Of a DNA stretch of 64,000 bases, positions 1-12,210 are shown piece after piece. Position 1 is the first letter of the stretch, and every line of letters starts with the position of its first letter. This stretch comes from Camelus dromedarius (lineage: Eukaryota): positions 81,036,001 to 81,100,000 of the forward strand of contig NC_087436.1 in the NCBI RefSeq assembly GCF_036321535.1, read 5' to 3'. The notes beneath the pieces were generated by a model. The model was not told the DNA's origin. It saw only the letters and a list, made by a program, of their open reading frames with translations, and did no database searches. The position numbers and the translations under genes are program-made.

Positions 1-129
1 GTTAAGCTATGATAGGATGAATATTTAATTGCTCACTCTTTTTTCTATCATTACATTAGTTGTCCCTTCAGTTCTGGGGAATGCTAGTAAATGTAAGGTA
101 GTGGTCTGTATAAGGCAGTGGTGTAAGTA

Positions 130-320
130 TGAAGCAGTGTAGCTCATTGCGAAAAAAAAGGAAAAAAAGAACAATCTTCAGGATCCAGAGTGAAAAAGTA
201 CCCACTCAGATACTTGCTAGGTTTATGGCTTAAGTAAGTCCCCTTAGCCATTTGGGTGGTATACACAGGGACATCAGCCCTGCTTTTTGAGAGTTTTGTC
301 AGGATTATAAGGAATTGTAT
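130..320 (+). mobile_element. MIR SINE, degraded
   Basis: gcagtgtagc ... acttgctagg ... taagtaagtcccctta ... gttttgtcaggatta follows MIR motif order. Confidence 0.5.
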
Positions 321-1114
321 GGATTATATGGAATTTATGAGAAGTCCCATGTATAAATACTGGTGATTATTATTAGTTTTGCATGTAGTGTGTCAGACAT
401 GTTAAAATATGATGGGTTCCAGTTCATACTGTTGTCACCCCCTGGCTTCTTTCTCTCAGATATTTCCATTGCCACTTAAACGTACCCTTGCTTAAGAGTT
501 ATTCACTTTATTTTTCCCTCAACCTAGGTCCCCTGAAAGGTGAGTTTGGGATTTGTATGAGTAATTTTCCAGTGTCTAGGGAGGCCGTACTGGGCTAAAC
601 AGATGATTACAGACATTGGCACCTGGAGTGAGGGAACAGGTGTTAGTCCAGCTGTAATAAAATTCTTAGGACTTACAACTTTGTACTCTTCTGACTGAAA
701 TGACGCAGTGCTCCATAGTGTCTTTTTTTAAGGCAAAAAGGAATTTGTCTCTTTCACTGCTAATTTTCTCATAAAGAACCAAGCACACAAGCCTCATTCT
801 TTTCTCCCACTGGGCTGAGAGTATCAAGTGTGCTGTGACATGCCTGGGCTCTATTTGCTGGCCTCTGCAAAGAACGGACATCCAGCAGCTTCAGAGCTTT
901 TCTCTTGACTGCTTTCAAGCTGCTGAAGGGGAAAGAGCTGCAAGTCCTTACAGCAAAAAGTTCACATAGAAGGGTCTGCCAGGTATTAGAATTTTAAAAG
1001 TGAAAGCTCAGAATGAAATATATGCACATGAATATCAAGGTAAGAATATCTTAGTGATAGATCTGGGAAATGGTGCTGTATATGCACTGTGTGTACAACA
1101 GAATTTGCTTCTCC

Positions 1115-1210
1115 TTTGTGTTTGTGTGTATATATATATATATATATACATACACATATATATGCACACACATTGACACATACACAAAGATATTTATTCT
1201 TATATATACA
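1115..1210. repeat. Compound (TG)/(TA)n/(CA) microsatellite
   Basis: Directly visible dinucleotide runs. Confidence 0.9.
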
Positions 1211-1270
1211 TATTAAATAAGAATAAATAGTTTTATTACTCAGATCACTTCTTCTCATGGAAACTTATTT

Positions 1271-1657
1271 ATTTATTTATTTTTTCTTTTCTTTTTTTTT
1301 AACTTTTTTTTATTGACTTATAATCATTTTACAATGTTGTGTCAAATTCCAGTGTAGAGCACAATTTTTCAATTATACATGAACATATATATATTCATTG
1401 TCACATTCCTTTCTCTGTGAGCTGCCATAAGATCTTGTATATATTTCCCTGTGCTATACAGTATAATCTTGTTTATCTATTCTACAATTTTGAAAGCCCA
1501 GTCTATCTCTTTCCACCCCCCACCCCCTTGCAACCACAAGTTTGTATTCTATGTCTGTGAGTCTATTTCTGTTCTGTATTTATGCTTTTTTTTTTTTTTT
1601 TTTAGATTCCACATATGAGCGATCTCATATGGTATTTTTCTTTCTCTTTCTGGCTTA
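1271..1657 (-). mobile_element. Young lineage-specific L1 3' end (camelid L1-like), 5'-truncated
   Basis: T-rich tail, then ttttattgacttataatcattttacaatgttgtgtcaaattccagtg... Reverse-complement match to the copies at 47950 and 52333. TSD ggaaa(c/t)ttattt at 1259-1270 and 1658-1669. Confidence 0.88.
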
Positions 1658-1669
1658 GGAAATTTATTT

Positions 1670-2219
1670 TTATTAATTTATTTTAATTGAAGTATAGTCA
1701 GTTTACTATGCATCAATTATATCTGGTGTACTGCATAATGTTTCAGTCATACGTACATATACATACATTTGTTTGCATATTCTTTTTCATTATAGGTTAC
1801 TATAAGATACTGAATATAGTTCCCTGTGCTGTACAGAAGAAACGTGTTCTTAATCTCTTTTATATATACTGGTTAATATTCGTAAACCTAGAACTCCCAG
1901 TTTATCTCTTTCCACCCACTTCCCCCCTCAATAACCATAAGATTGTTTACTATGTCTGTCAGTCTGTTTCTGTTTTGTAGATGAGTTCATTAGTGTCTTC
2001 CTTTTTCTTTTTTAAGATTTCACATATGAGTGATATCATATGGCGTTTTTCTTATTCTTGGCTTACTTCACTTAGAATGGCAATCTCCAGGTCCATCCAT
2101 GTTGCTGCAAATGGCATTATTTTATTATCTTTTATGGCTGAGTAGTATTCCATTCCAGTATACCACTTCTTTATCCAGTCATCTGTCAATGGACATTTAG
2201 ATTGTTTCCATGTCTTGGA
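1670..2219 (-). mobile_element. Older lineage-specific L1 3' UTR plus ORF2 C-terminal end
   Basis: ttaattgaagtatagtcagttta... through tccatccatgttgctgcaaatggcatt...ggacatttagattgtttcca (typical L1 ORF2 end, antisense). TSD ttctcatgg at 1252-1260 and 2220-2228. Confidence 0.9.
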
Positions 2220-2284
2220 TTCTCATGGCATTTTTAAATACGTGGGCTATTGTATGCCAGAGTTTATTTTTATGTAATATTTGA

Positions 2285-2460
2285 GAGGTGATGTAGAATA
2301 ATGATTAAGACACAGTCTCTACAACCACTGGATTTAAATGCATAAATGTTTTTAAAGAGCCACTTATTAGCAGTTGGACTGTAGATACCTTTTGGTACCT
2401 TAGTTTCCCCATACTTTCTTCAAAGAATTGCTGTAAGGATTAAATGGTATGCCTACCCAC
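2285..2460 (+). mobile_element. MIR SINE
   Basis: ccacttattagc ... ccttagtttccccat ... ttgctgtaaggattaaatg core motifs. Confidence 0.65.
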
Positions 2461-2844
2461 ATAAGCACATACACACATATATACATACACATATGTACAC
2501 AATACATATCACTAAGAATAGTGACTATATAGTAAACTATACGTTATTTATTAAACAAGTAAAATCTTAGTTCTATTAAAAACAAAGAGAATGTCATACA
2601 GATTTTTCAGTGGTAGTAGTTTTTATAGTCTTCTAAATTAAGGTACGACATTTAAAAAAAACAAAATGATAAGATAGTAAAATGGCATAGCAATTTAATT
2701 AAAAGGACCAGGAATAGAACAAGACTTCTGCTCTATTTATTGTCTTTTCTCTTTTAGAAGTTCTAGCTGTCACTGAACTAGAAAAATTTTCCTATTAATC
2801 ACGTTACCTCTAGAAGTACAATGCTGTTAAAAAGACCATTTCTA

Positions 2845-3005
2845 AGAATCACAACACTTTAGAATGAACAGAAATCTTAGACAGCAAATAGTTCATTCAG
2901 CCTCTATATTCCAGGGCTCAGAGGACTGAGGCCAAGAAAATCAAATGCCTTTCTCAAGGTCAGGTAGCTATTTAATTCCAAAGCTATGTTGACTCACTTC
3001 TAGGG
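2845..3005 (-). mobile_element. MIR/MIR3 SINE
   Basis: agaatcacaac ... gaggactgaggccaaga ... ttctcaaggtca. Confidence 0.6.
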
Positions 3006-3119
3006 TAGTACCTTTTCAATTGCAATAGCATACTTGAAACCTACTGGTGGTGGCCCAGTGAAGAACAAAGAGTGCTTCTCTTCTGTGACAGCATACAGTA
3101 AGGCATGTGTGTTGTGCAA

Positions 3120-4245
3120 CTTTTTATTTTGATATACTTTCAAATTTACAGAAAAGTTATAATAGTGCTAGGAACTCATAATACCCTTTACCCAGATTCA
3201 TTAATTATTTACATTCTGTTCCATTTATCATTCTCTCTTTCTGTATCTGTTTGTTTATGATTTTTTTCTGAATTGTTTGAAAATAAAGACATCTTATCCT
3301 TTTTTAGATACTTGGGTATGTATTTCCTAAAAACAAGTCACATAACTGCACTGTTTTGTTAACATTGATAAAATAATATTATCTAATCTACAGTTATATT
3401 TAAATTTTATCTGTTTCCCCAGTAATATCCCCTTTTTCTATGTTTTGTTTTGGCTCAGCATCCAAGTCAAGCATCGTGTTTAGCTGTCGTATCTCTTTAG
3501 TGTACTTTCATTTAGAACAGTTCCTTAACCATTTTCTTTTTTGACCTTGAAGAATGCAGAGCAGTTATTTTGTAGAATGTTCCTGATGTTGGTTCACGTA
3601 GTGTTTCCTCATGGTTAGATTCAGGTTGTGCGTTTTGGGCAGGACTAGCCCAGAAGTGACAATGTGTCCTTCTCAGAGGATCACGTCAAGAGGCAGGTGA
3701 TGGCAGTTAACCCCGACTTTGATGATGTAAACTGTGATTGCATTGGGTCTGCCAGGTTTCTCCACAGTAAAGTTACTATTTTACCCTTTCTAAATTAGAG
3801 TTAATTTTTGGAAAGATACTTTGAAATGTAAATATATTTTCCCCACCAAACTTTTGCCTGCTAAAGGGACCATTTCACTTCTTTTTCATTTTCTAAACTG
3901 GTTTATTTTTTGTCTTTTTATTAGTGAGTTGTAGAAATCCTTTGTGTGTTGTGGATGTAAGTCTTCTGGCAGATAAATGTTTCGTAAACATTTTTTGACA
4001 ATGTATGGCTTGCCTGTTCCTTTTTAAAGTGATGTCTTTGATGAATGGAAGTTTTTACTTTTAATAAATTCTAAATTATACATATTTATGGTTATTCTTT
4101 TCTGTGTCCTTTTAAAAATAACTTTTTAATCCCAGGTTGTGAATTTATTCTCCTATGTTTTCTTCTAGAAGTGTTAGCTTTTAAACTTAGGTCTAATACC
4201 CATATTGAATTAATGTTTTTGTGTATGATGCAAGGTAGGGGAAGT
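3120..4245 (-). mobile_element. Old L1 (L1MC4/L1MC5-like) 3' UTR plus ORF2 fragment
   Basis: Starts tttttattttgatatactttcaaatttacagaaaagtt...ccctttacccagattca. Ends with ORF2-antisense tctcctatgttttcttctagaag...ttaggtct. Confidence 0.8.
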
Positions 4246-4339
4246 TCTATGTATTATAAGCCTAGATTTTTATTATTTTAAAGAAAATTTTCCCAGACAT
4301 ATTTTCATTAAGTGTTTTTCCCTGATATTAGGAAAAACT

Positions 4340-4860
4340 CTTTGTGGTAGCAAGTGACTAAACCCAACTCAGGCTGGATTATGCAAATAGGATTGTATTT
4401 GCTCACTTTGCTGGGAAGAGTGAGACAGATCTCAAAGGATCAAAGGAAGATATACCAAGACCAGGGCTTCAGCAGCTAGAACTAGGATGGCTATTCCAGG
4501 GCGCTCTCCAGTCTTTTCTCACGTCTGCTTGTCTCTGCATCACTTCACTGTGCAGATGGCTTTCCTTTACAGGGCAGAGGAGTTGATGCTGGCAGCCTCA
4601 TTCATCTCAGATGCTGGTTCTTCCAGTGTTGCTATAGCTGTCCTAAGGAAGGACTCTACCAGGCACTGCTTCAGTCACATGCCCCCTTTCTGGGCTGGTC
4701 ATTGTTGCTAGGGAGCTCAGGACCTGTGAGTAATCAAGACCAGGCGCACCTAAGGCAGTGGGATGGCGCTGCCCTCTGGAACAGCATGGCCTGAGGGAGA
4801 GAGGAGGGTGCCCCAAAGGTAGGATTCTGGACATCCCAAATAGCGTATGTTCCACCAAGA
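4340..4860 (-). mobile_element. Old MaLR LTR (MLT1J-N class), degraded
   Basis: ggtagcaagtgactaaacccaactcaggctggatta...tatttgctca resembles the antisense 3' end of old MLT1 LTRs. Confidence 0.5.
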
Positions 4861-4942
4861 TTCCTGGTTTTTTTTTTGTTTGTTTGTTTGGTTTTTTTTG
4901 TAGAAGCACTAATTGAACACCAAAGAACCAAGGTTTTAAAAA

Positions 4943-5111
4943 TTTTTTTTAATTAAAAACATTTTTTATTGAAGTATTGTTGGTTTACAATGTTGTGTTA
5001 ATTTCTGGTATACATCATAGTGATTCAGTTATACATATATATACATTCCTTTTCATATTTTTTCATTATAAGCTATTACAAGGTATTGAATATAGTTCCC
5101 TGTGCTATACA
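4943..5111 (-). mobile_element. Short lineage-specific L1 3' end
   Basis: ttttttattgaagta...tttacaatgttgtgttaatttctgg...aatatagttccctgtgctataca, homologous to 1670-1840 and 11981-12130. Confidence 0.85.
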
Positions 5112-7544
5112 AAAGGATTTCTATTTTTTAAAATGGCTTTTTATGTATAGGATTTATTTATCTTTCACGGAACTGTTAATTAAATATATTCCGTTGCAGT
5201 AAAGCTAGATTTCTATTCAGCTCATCTAAAACTAAAGTGTGAATTAATTAGCTATTTTGAAGGAAAAAAATGTGTTCAAATTATATGAGAATAATGGTAT
5301 CTCCTTAAAGATGAAAGTTTAACACATCAAAGCCCAGCATAATGTGAATGATGCTGAGTAAAGTGGAAGAGCTGTTAGATTTTTTTTTCACTTTGCCATC
5401 TCCCCACTTTCCTCAAATTCTAATGAAAAAATTGGATTGTCAATACCTCAAAATAATAAACCATTGGGGACTGTGGTTCAGTGATTAGGACAAGATTTAT
5501 ATACTTAAAGTGCCCAGTAATTTTCCAGAGCCTATAAAGCAAGGCTGATGATGTTCAACCCACAGGATTAATCGACAAAAAAAGAAGCGGTCCTTATAGG
5601 AAATCATTAAGCACCTCAGGGCTTGCACTTGAAGGAGAAAACCTGAGTCCACTGTAGACAAATGACTATCTCAGCCATACTTACCTATTTGCATAACATT
5701 TTCTTTGAAGTGATTGAATAAAAAGCTGGCCCCATCAAGAGCCGTGAAATGATAATGTAATTGACAGCATACCTGATTTTTCCTGGGTTGGACTATCCCA
5801 CTTGCTTCAGCTTTGCTCTCCCCACTCTGCCCACTGTACACAAAAGCTCCCTTTCCTTGCTGTCATTGCTCCCCCATCCTCTACGTATGATAATCCCATT
5901 CATTTTCAGGTTTAGGTGGAAAGCCTCTTTTCTTTGTTCCTGGGGAAAGAGTTTTGAAATAAAGCTTTACTAATGAAAAATGATAAATCTGCATGTTAGT
6001 AACAGCTTACACATTTTTTTTTAACAAGAAAAGTTTGAATCCAGATAAATATCGGCTCTCTGTAGTCATATATCACGTACAGGGCAATCACATTCATTTT
6101 ACAAAGGAGCTAGGTTCCAAGGCCACACAAAAGGTGACAGTGGGATGTGAACAGAATGACTCTTGAAAGTCACACGAACGCTCACAAATTGCAGTGTTTT
6201 ACCAACTCTGCTGGTTTTATATTTGCTTTCTCTCCTAGCAACGGAACAGATCATTGTTCTTTGACTGAACGTTTGGAGTGGTTTGTTTGTGCTGAGCGGT
6301 CGTGTAGTGTGAAATCGTGTGTACGCAGAAGCTCTGGGGTCACATGTGCCCAGTGAGATACTCTCCCCATCAGAGCTGAGGGAAATAACACTGGCTGTAA
6401 AAATGCACCTCCCGGTCCCACACGTGTGGGAGCATATGTTCCTTGAATGTGATGGAGACGTTGTGGTGGAATTGCTTATGCTATTTAAGTTGTTCTCTCT
6501 CCTCCTTTTTCTTGCTGGCTCCCTCCTCCTTTGCCTGTCACTTGTGTTTGCTGAACATTGTAGCATCTGGAGGTGTATCTGGGTTCCTCAGGAAGAAGAA
6601 CTGTGGTTAATTAATAATGTCTGTCATTAGCTTAAGAGTAGCAGTACAATTGCCATGTATCTGTCGTTTCTCTCAGTCCTATCAACGGTAAAGCATTTGC
6701 TTTGATTTGATTTTTGTTTCTAACTCAGGTTGTCAGCATTGGGCGTTCCAGTGGTTCTCCTTTTTTACTAATCCCTCAGATACTGATGTGGGGGTAGGGA
6801 ACACATCTAAATATGTATTAAAATACTTTTCTCCCTGTTGAACTAAAACCTCCTTAAAAGGGAGCAGATTCTGTCTACAAAGTATGAGGCAGTAAACATA
6901 CAACAAAACCAAAGTAAATATTTGAACTTTTAAAAAATGGTCCATCCCATTAAGTCATTTTGATTTCTTACCAAATGAATATGGAACTTTTGAAGCTTAA
7001 AATATAAAATATAGATTGACATTCCTGATCCATCCCAACAGGTACATATTTTCCCATTATTGTCTGCTCTCTGATGTTTTGAATGATTTAATTTCAGATG
7101 AATAAAGGAAAAGGGTCTTTAGTGTTTCTTCAGGAAAATAACTACACACTTACAAAGTTATTACCATTAACGTCCTCTCCAGGTGTGCTCTTCTGGTGAC
7201 TCTTTTAAACTTTGTGTTCGTGACTATTGTACATTATTTAGTTCCCCTGTTTTCTTCAAACTTAAACTCTTCAGTTCTAAGAAGAAATGTTTCTTTAATT
7301 TTAACTCGAGTTACAGTTAAGAGTAGCATTCAGTGAGACAAATGGGAGTTCTCTTTGTTCAATGGTTCCTGAAGTTCGGTTTAGCTTTAAGTCACTAAAA
7401 ACTTAAAGGGTTATATTTAGATGGGAGAATTTGCACTGAAGTCCTTGCATTGGTGTCTAATAACATCAAATGGTTTAGGAATTTTGCACTCCACGGGACA
7501 CTTGAGGCCTCTGCGATCAATTCTATTAGGCCCCAAAGACTGAC

Positions 7545-7870
7545 CAATGTGTTTGTTTATTCACTGATTCCTTCATTCACTTACATATTTTTAAACAAAC
7601 TTTTGAGTATTTGGTATATGCTAGTTAGTCTGGGCAGTTCACGGAACCCATATCCTCAGGGAGTTGTGGAGTAGAAGACTGAGCAGTAATGAACATATGG
7701 CCAAGTGTGATAAAGGCTGTGAGCGACATGAGAATTCGTGGAAGGGGAACCTCCAGATTAGGGGTGGCAGTGGCTCCAGTGAAGCCTTTGTCCAGGAGCT
7801 GAAGGATGAATGGAAGTTAACCATGAAGTCCAGGTAGTGAGAACAATTGTGTGTGAAAACCCAGGACCTT
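7545..7870 (-). mobile_element. L2 LINE 3' end, degraded
   Basis: (ttca)n-like terminus tttattcactgattccttcattca...aacaaacttttgagtattt, followed by a purine-rich body. Confidence 0.6.
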
Positions 7871-8172
7871 TTCAAGGTATTTTAAGAAATTCGATTGCTT
7901 CCTGGAAACAGATTCGGGCTCTTGGAATTTATCTTGGAGCTCAAACAATCTCCACTAGAGCCACTGCAATGTCGGACCTAGAGTGCTGGTTCCCTCATAG
8001 GTATCACACTTCGATTCATCATTCAAGTGGTGAGGTGGTGTGGGAAAGAGTGAGGGAAGGGAAGTGAACTGTTTCTCACTCATCAATTTTCTTTAGTTAG
8101 CAGTTACTTAACAAACAGGCTACTAAGATTGGATTCTTTAAATGTTTTCTTACGGGTATTTTGTAGATGTAT

Positions 8173-8285
8173 TGTCTTAGTCTGCTCTGGCTGCCATAAC
8201 AAAAGGCTGGGTAGTTTAAAACAATAGAAATTTACTTTCTCACAGTTCTGGAGGCTGGAAGTTTGAAATCAAGGTACTAGCATGG
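8173..8285 (-). mobile_element. MLT1 (A-D class) LTR 3' fragment, abruptly truncated
   Basis: tgtcttagtctgctctggctgccataacaaa...tctcacagttctggaggctggaag...atcaagg. Aligns with the start of the 17213 LTR. Confidence 0.85.
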
Positions 8286-9184
8286 CCTTTCGCTTGTGCT
8301 TGCTGAACATTGTAGCTGTGTAGGTAAATTCAAACACATCACAACTCTATGGCATATGGCATTCTATTTATAGATTTTTTTTGTTTATATACATGTTTAT
8401 ATATTCTTCGTTGAAATGAAGTCACACATTTAAATACCTATGTATCTATCTAGATACATACCTATCTAGAAAATTCTATTAGGAGTATGCATTTCATCTC
8501 TCACTGCACCACGTTAATACTTGCACCATGTGTTCCTAGCCCATCTGGTTGCAAAAAAAGAACCATATGCGTAGATATACAGACCAGTTTCTACCCCTGG
8601 AAAATAATTTAAAGATATGAGCCCATCAAATGATGGGATCTTTTGAAGCCCCAGCATGGTACAGTAGCAATCATTAAAGTTGCGAAGATGCAAGTTAACT
8701 TAATTCTGTTTTTGTTTTAATTTAGAGTAACCATTTATTTGTTATTGTTGTCATTGTTATGTTGTTTTGCTAAACACTTAGGTTGATGGTTCTATTAGAA
8801 TCTCAGGTACTACCCTGCTGCCATGGCCTGACCACAGGGAAAATACCTTCCCAGTGTTGAACAGTTAAATCATTCTCTGAGAATCTGAGTGAGTAAACTA
8901 TTCTTTCCTTCGTGTTAAACCAGAATTGATTAGATGTATTTCCTACCAAGGCTAAAAGGTGTAAGTTTTGAAAGTTGTATTTCTTTGGAAAGGGCAGTTT
9001 CAGGTTCATTTAAGTTTGATGATTTTGACATTGTGTTTAAGAATTTTTTTATGCTAATTAAAGTCTCCCATTTCAAAAGAAAACAAATCAAATTCTTAAA
9101 ATAGATCATCTTCTTTAAGACATTAAATGCAATTCTAAAACTTGTCAAAATATTCTTTGTAGGAATTCTATGTGGTTGTTACCT

Positions 9185-10300
9185 AGCTTCATTCCTTGAT
9201 TCAACAATTGTTCACTGAATACTAAGTAAGCAATTGTAAAGGCATTGGATATACTGCAGAAAGGAAAATCAAGTCCTTGACCTGCTTAAGGGATCATGCA
9301 GGGGTGATCAGCAATAAACAGCTAAGAGATAGCAACTTAGAGAAGTGTCAGGAAGACAGAGGACAGAGTTCAGTGATTGACAGGGAATAACAAGAGGGGA
9401 CCTAATTTGCTGGGTGATTAGCAATGGTGGCTGGAGGAGGTAGGTTTTAGGCTGAGACTTAAAGGATGAGAAAAGGTCAGCCATGTAAAAGGCGTGAGGC
9501 AGAGCAGCCTAGGCAGAGAGCAGCAGTATCAAGACTCAAGGCATAAAGGAGCTTGGGTGTTTCCGGAACTGAAAGTAAGCTGGTGTGGTTACTTACATCA
9601 GAGCCTTTCAGTGTGTGTGCATGTGTTTGGAGTCAGGGGAAATAAAGAGGAGGTGGCATGAGATTAGATTAGACCAGTAAACAGGTGCCAGATGATTCAG
9701 AGCTTTATGTGCCATAAGACTAGATTTTAAAATAAGTACAGTGGGAACCAATCAAAATTTTAGGAGTAGAGAATCACTATTTGATTTAAAATTTTAAGAG
9801 CTTACTTTAGCTGTTTTGTGGAGAATGAAACATGTGTGAGCATGTGTCCCTGTATTTGTGTTTGTGGTTAAAAATGGAAGCAATGAGACCAGGTGGAGGA
9901 CTGTTAGAATCATCTGGTCAAAGACAATGGTAACTTGGATCACAGAGTGACAATGGAGATGGTAGCAATTGGATAGATTTGAAATATTTTTTGGAGGTAT
10001 AATCTTCTGAATTTACAGATAAATTTGATATTCAGGATGAGGAAGAATCAGGTATCAAAGATGATCACTTTTCTTCTTTTTTAATTTATTTTTTCCCAAC
10101 TGTGTATATCATGATAGCATTTAAGATCAGGTTTTGGGCAAGATCGGGTTTCAGAGGGAGATCAAGTTCACTGTTAGATATTTAGCGCCAAACCTATTGC
10201 AAAATTTATTAATTCATCAAGCATTGATTGAGCTTTACTGTATGCCAGATACTGTACTGAGTATTGAGGATATCTGCTCTCCTCATGCTTGCTGAATTAC
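9185..10300 (-). mobile_element. L2 LINE fragments
   Basis: ttcattccttgattcaacaa terminus; ggctgagacttaaaggatgag; ttttaagag...gctgttttgtggagaatg; second terminus tttattaattcatcaagcattgattgagc at about 10205. Confidence 0.75.
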
Positions 10301-10304
10301 AGAG

Positions 10305-10400
10305 GTGGTAGATGTCAGAGTGTTGGAAGGGACCATAGTTGGAAATGATCCAGTCCAACATCTTCATTTTAAAGATGAAGGGTAGAATTTGAAGCATTTG
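10305..10400 (-). mobile_element. MIR/MIR3 fragment
   Basis: gtcagagtgttggaagggacc...atccagtccaac...cattttaaagatga. Confidence 0.6.
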
Positions 10401-11980
10401 ATTTTTGCAGACATACTGACTCCTCTATAAAAATTATGGCTGTTTTACTAAAACTTAATTTTACTCATCCAACAATAATTGTGGTATTATTTTCCCTTAG
10501 GGATGTGATACAATCTGTTTTCATTTCTGTTTTAATGAATTGTTACAATTAGTACTATTAAAATACTCTCTGATGCATTCTGAAGTCATGAAAATATGGG
10601 CATTATAGCCAGTTCAGTGGCTGATGCTGCCACTGGTTTCATCAGACTTACAAACAACATATGCAAGAAGAATCATAAACCATGTTCTAATGTGCATACA
10701 TTCTTTTTATGGAGGCATTAATAGTAGACGAAAGTGGAATTGGGCACTTGTATTTTTTATATTATTGATGGTAAGTTGCTAATTACCTTGAAGCATTTTA
10801 GAGGGGATTTTTCAAACTTAATTAGAAAGCAAGAATATGAGAGGAAAGAAAAAAAAGGCCCCCAATGAAAGTATTTGTTGTGCAATGAATCCTAGATTTG
10901 TGTGTGTGTGTGTGCATATGGGTGTGCGTGCTGGAATGTTTAAGGTCTCATTCAACTTTGTAATTTAAGATACTTAGTTAAAGAATAAATAGGTAATGAT
11001 GAAATAGCAATTTGTGTAGATGTGAACAATTTAAATACCGGGAAACCAAAAACGATTATTAAGAGTGGTCTAAACAAGCATACTTATTATCTAAATTATG
11101 TTACAGCATTTATTGTTCATTTAGAGTGAGGTTTACTTGGCTCTTCATATTGGGTCAAGTGTTGTGAAAGAAAGAGATGAAAGTCCCTGCCCGGAGGGCA
11201 TAACAAACTTGACGTAACAGGCATGATCCAGTCTGCTCACACACAGGCACACACAGGATGGGAAACTGTTTCCTGCAGTGAGCGGTGATGGCCATGGGGA
11301 TGCCCTATGGATCAAAGGAAGTTTCAAGATGTTTTGTAGAGATGAGGCCCTGCTCATTAGAACGCTGTTTCAGGGTGAGAAAGGAAAAAGCGGATATTGA
11401 ATGAAACAGATGGCAGTCGGGCGACCTAAGTGAAACTTAAAAGTCGTTTGAAGAGCTGAAGATAAAAGCAAGGATGGGGTTAGCTTGGAATGCATGCCAA
11501 TGGAAGAGGCAAAACTGCTGAAAGGATGGTTGAAATGATGAAAATCAGAACGGAAGTTCTGCTTCATCCTGCAACTGGAATGGCAGGACTAGATTCAAAG
11601 AAACCAGAGGCCCAGTAACAGAAGGCTTGACCCTCACCTGGGCACAAGAAATGTAAATAGCCAAGGGCTGAGAATTGAAACTACAAGGAATTCGAAGTAG
11701 GAATGTGTACATACAAATTAATTGAAAAAATTAGTGGTGGAAATAAAGACTAGACAGAAAGACAGCCTGTTTTCTGGAATCAAGCAGAAAAAGCAGAAGC
11801 TGTGGGCGTGAGTATGCTGGAATAGGAGTATTCTGTGTTTTATTAATTAGTCTGTATCCATATATCGTGAGAGACATCAGGGTGAGGGTGCAGTTTTCAG
11901 TTTCTGAAAAAGTGCTTAGGAATGGACACTAGTTAAGAATGTTAAGAAGCCTCTGGGACAGTAAAATGGCTTCTACTCTT

Positions 11981-12210
11981 TTTTATTTTTAATTCAAGCA
12001 TAGTCAATTTATAATATTGCGTTAATTTCTGGTGTACAGCATAGTGATTCAGTTGTACACATACATACTTCTTTTCATTGTAGACTATTATAAGATATTG
12101 GCTATAATTCCTTATGCTATACAGTAGGACCTTGTTGTTTATCTATCTTATATATAGTAGTTAGTATCTGCAAATCCCAAACTCCCAATTTATCCCCCCA
12201 CCCCCTGGAT
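11981..12210 (-). mobile_element. Short lineage-specific L1 3' end
   Basis: Homologous to 1670-1930. Degenerate TSD tggcttctactctt (11967-11980) / tgtcttttattctt (12211-12224, 11/14 match), followed by AA. Confidence 0.85.

Noticed and set aside
883..925. Hairpin cagcagctt...aagctgctg as a possible pre-miRNA
   Set aside because: Only about 43 nt with a 9-bp core, and the flanks do not extend the stem.
6243..6260. GGAACA-gatcat-TGTTCT as a steroid receptor element
   Set aside because: Spacer is 6 nt, not the 3 nt needed for a GRE/ARE.
6099..6630. Overlapping ORFs of 155 aa (-) and 103 aa (+)
   Set aside because: No recognisable domain or coherent exon structure; low-complexity composition from a CT-rich tract.
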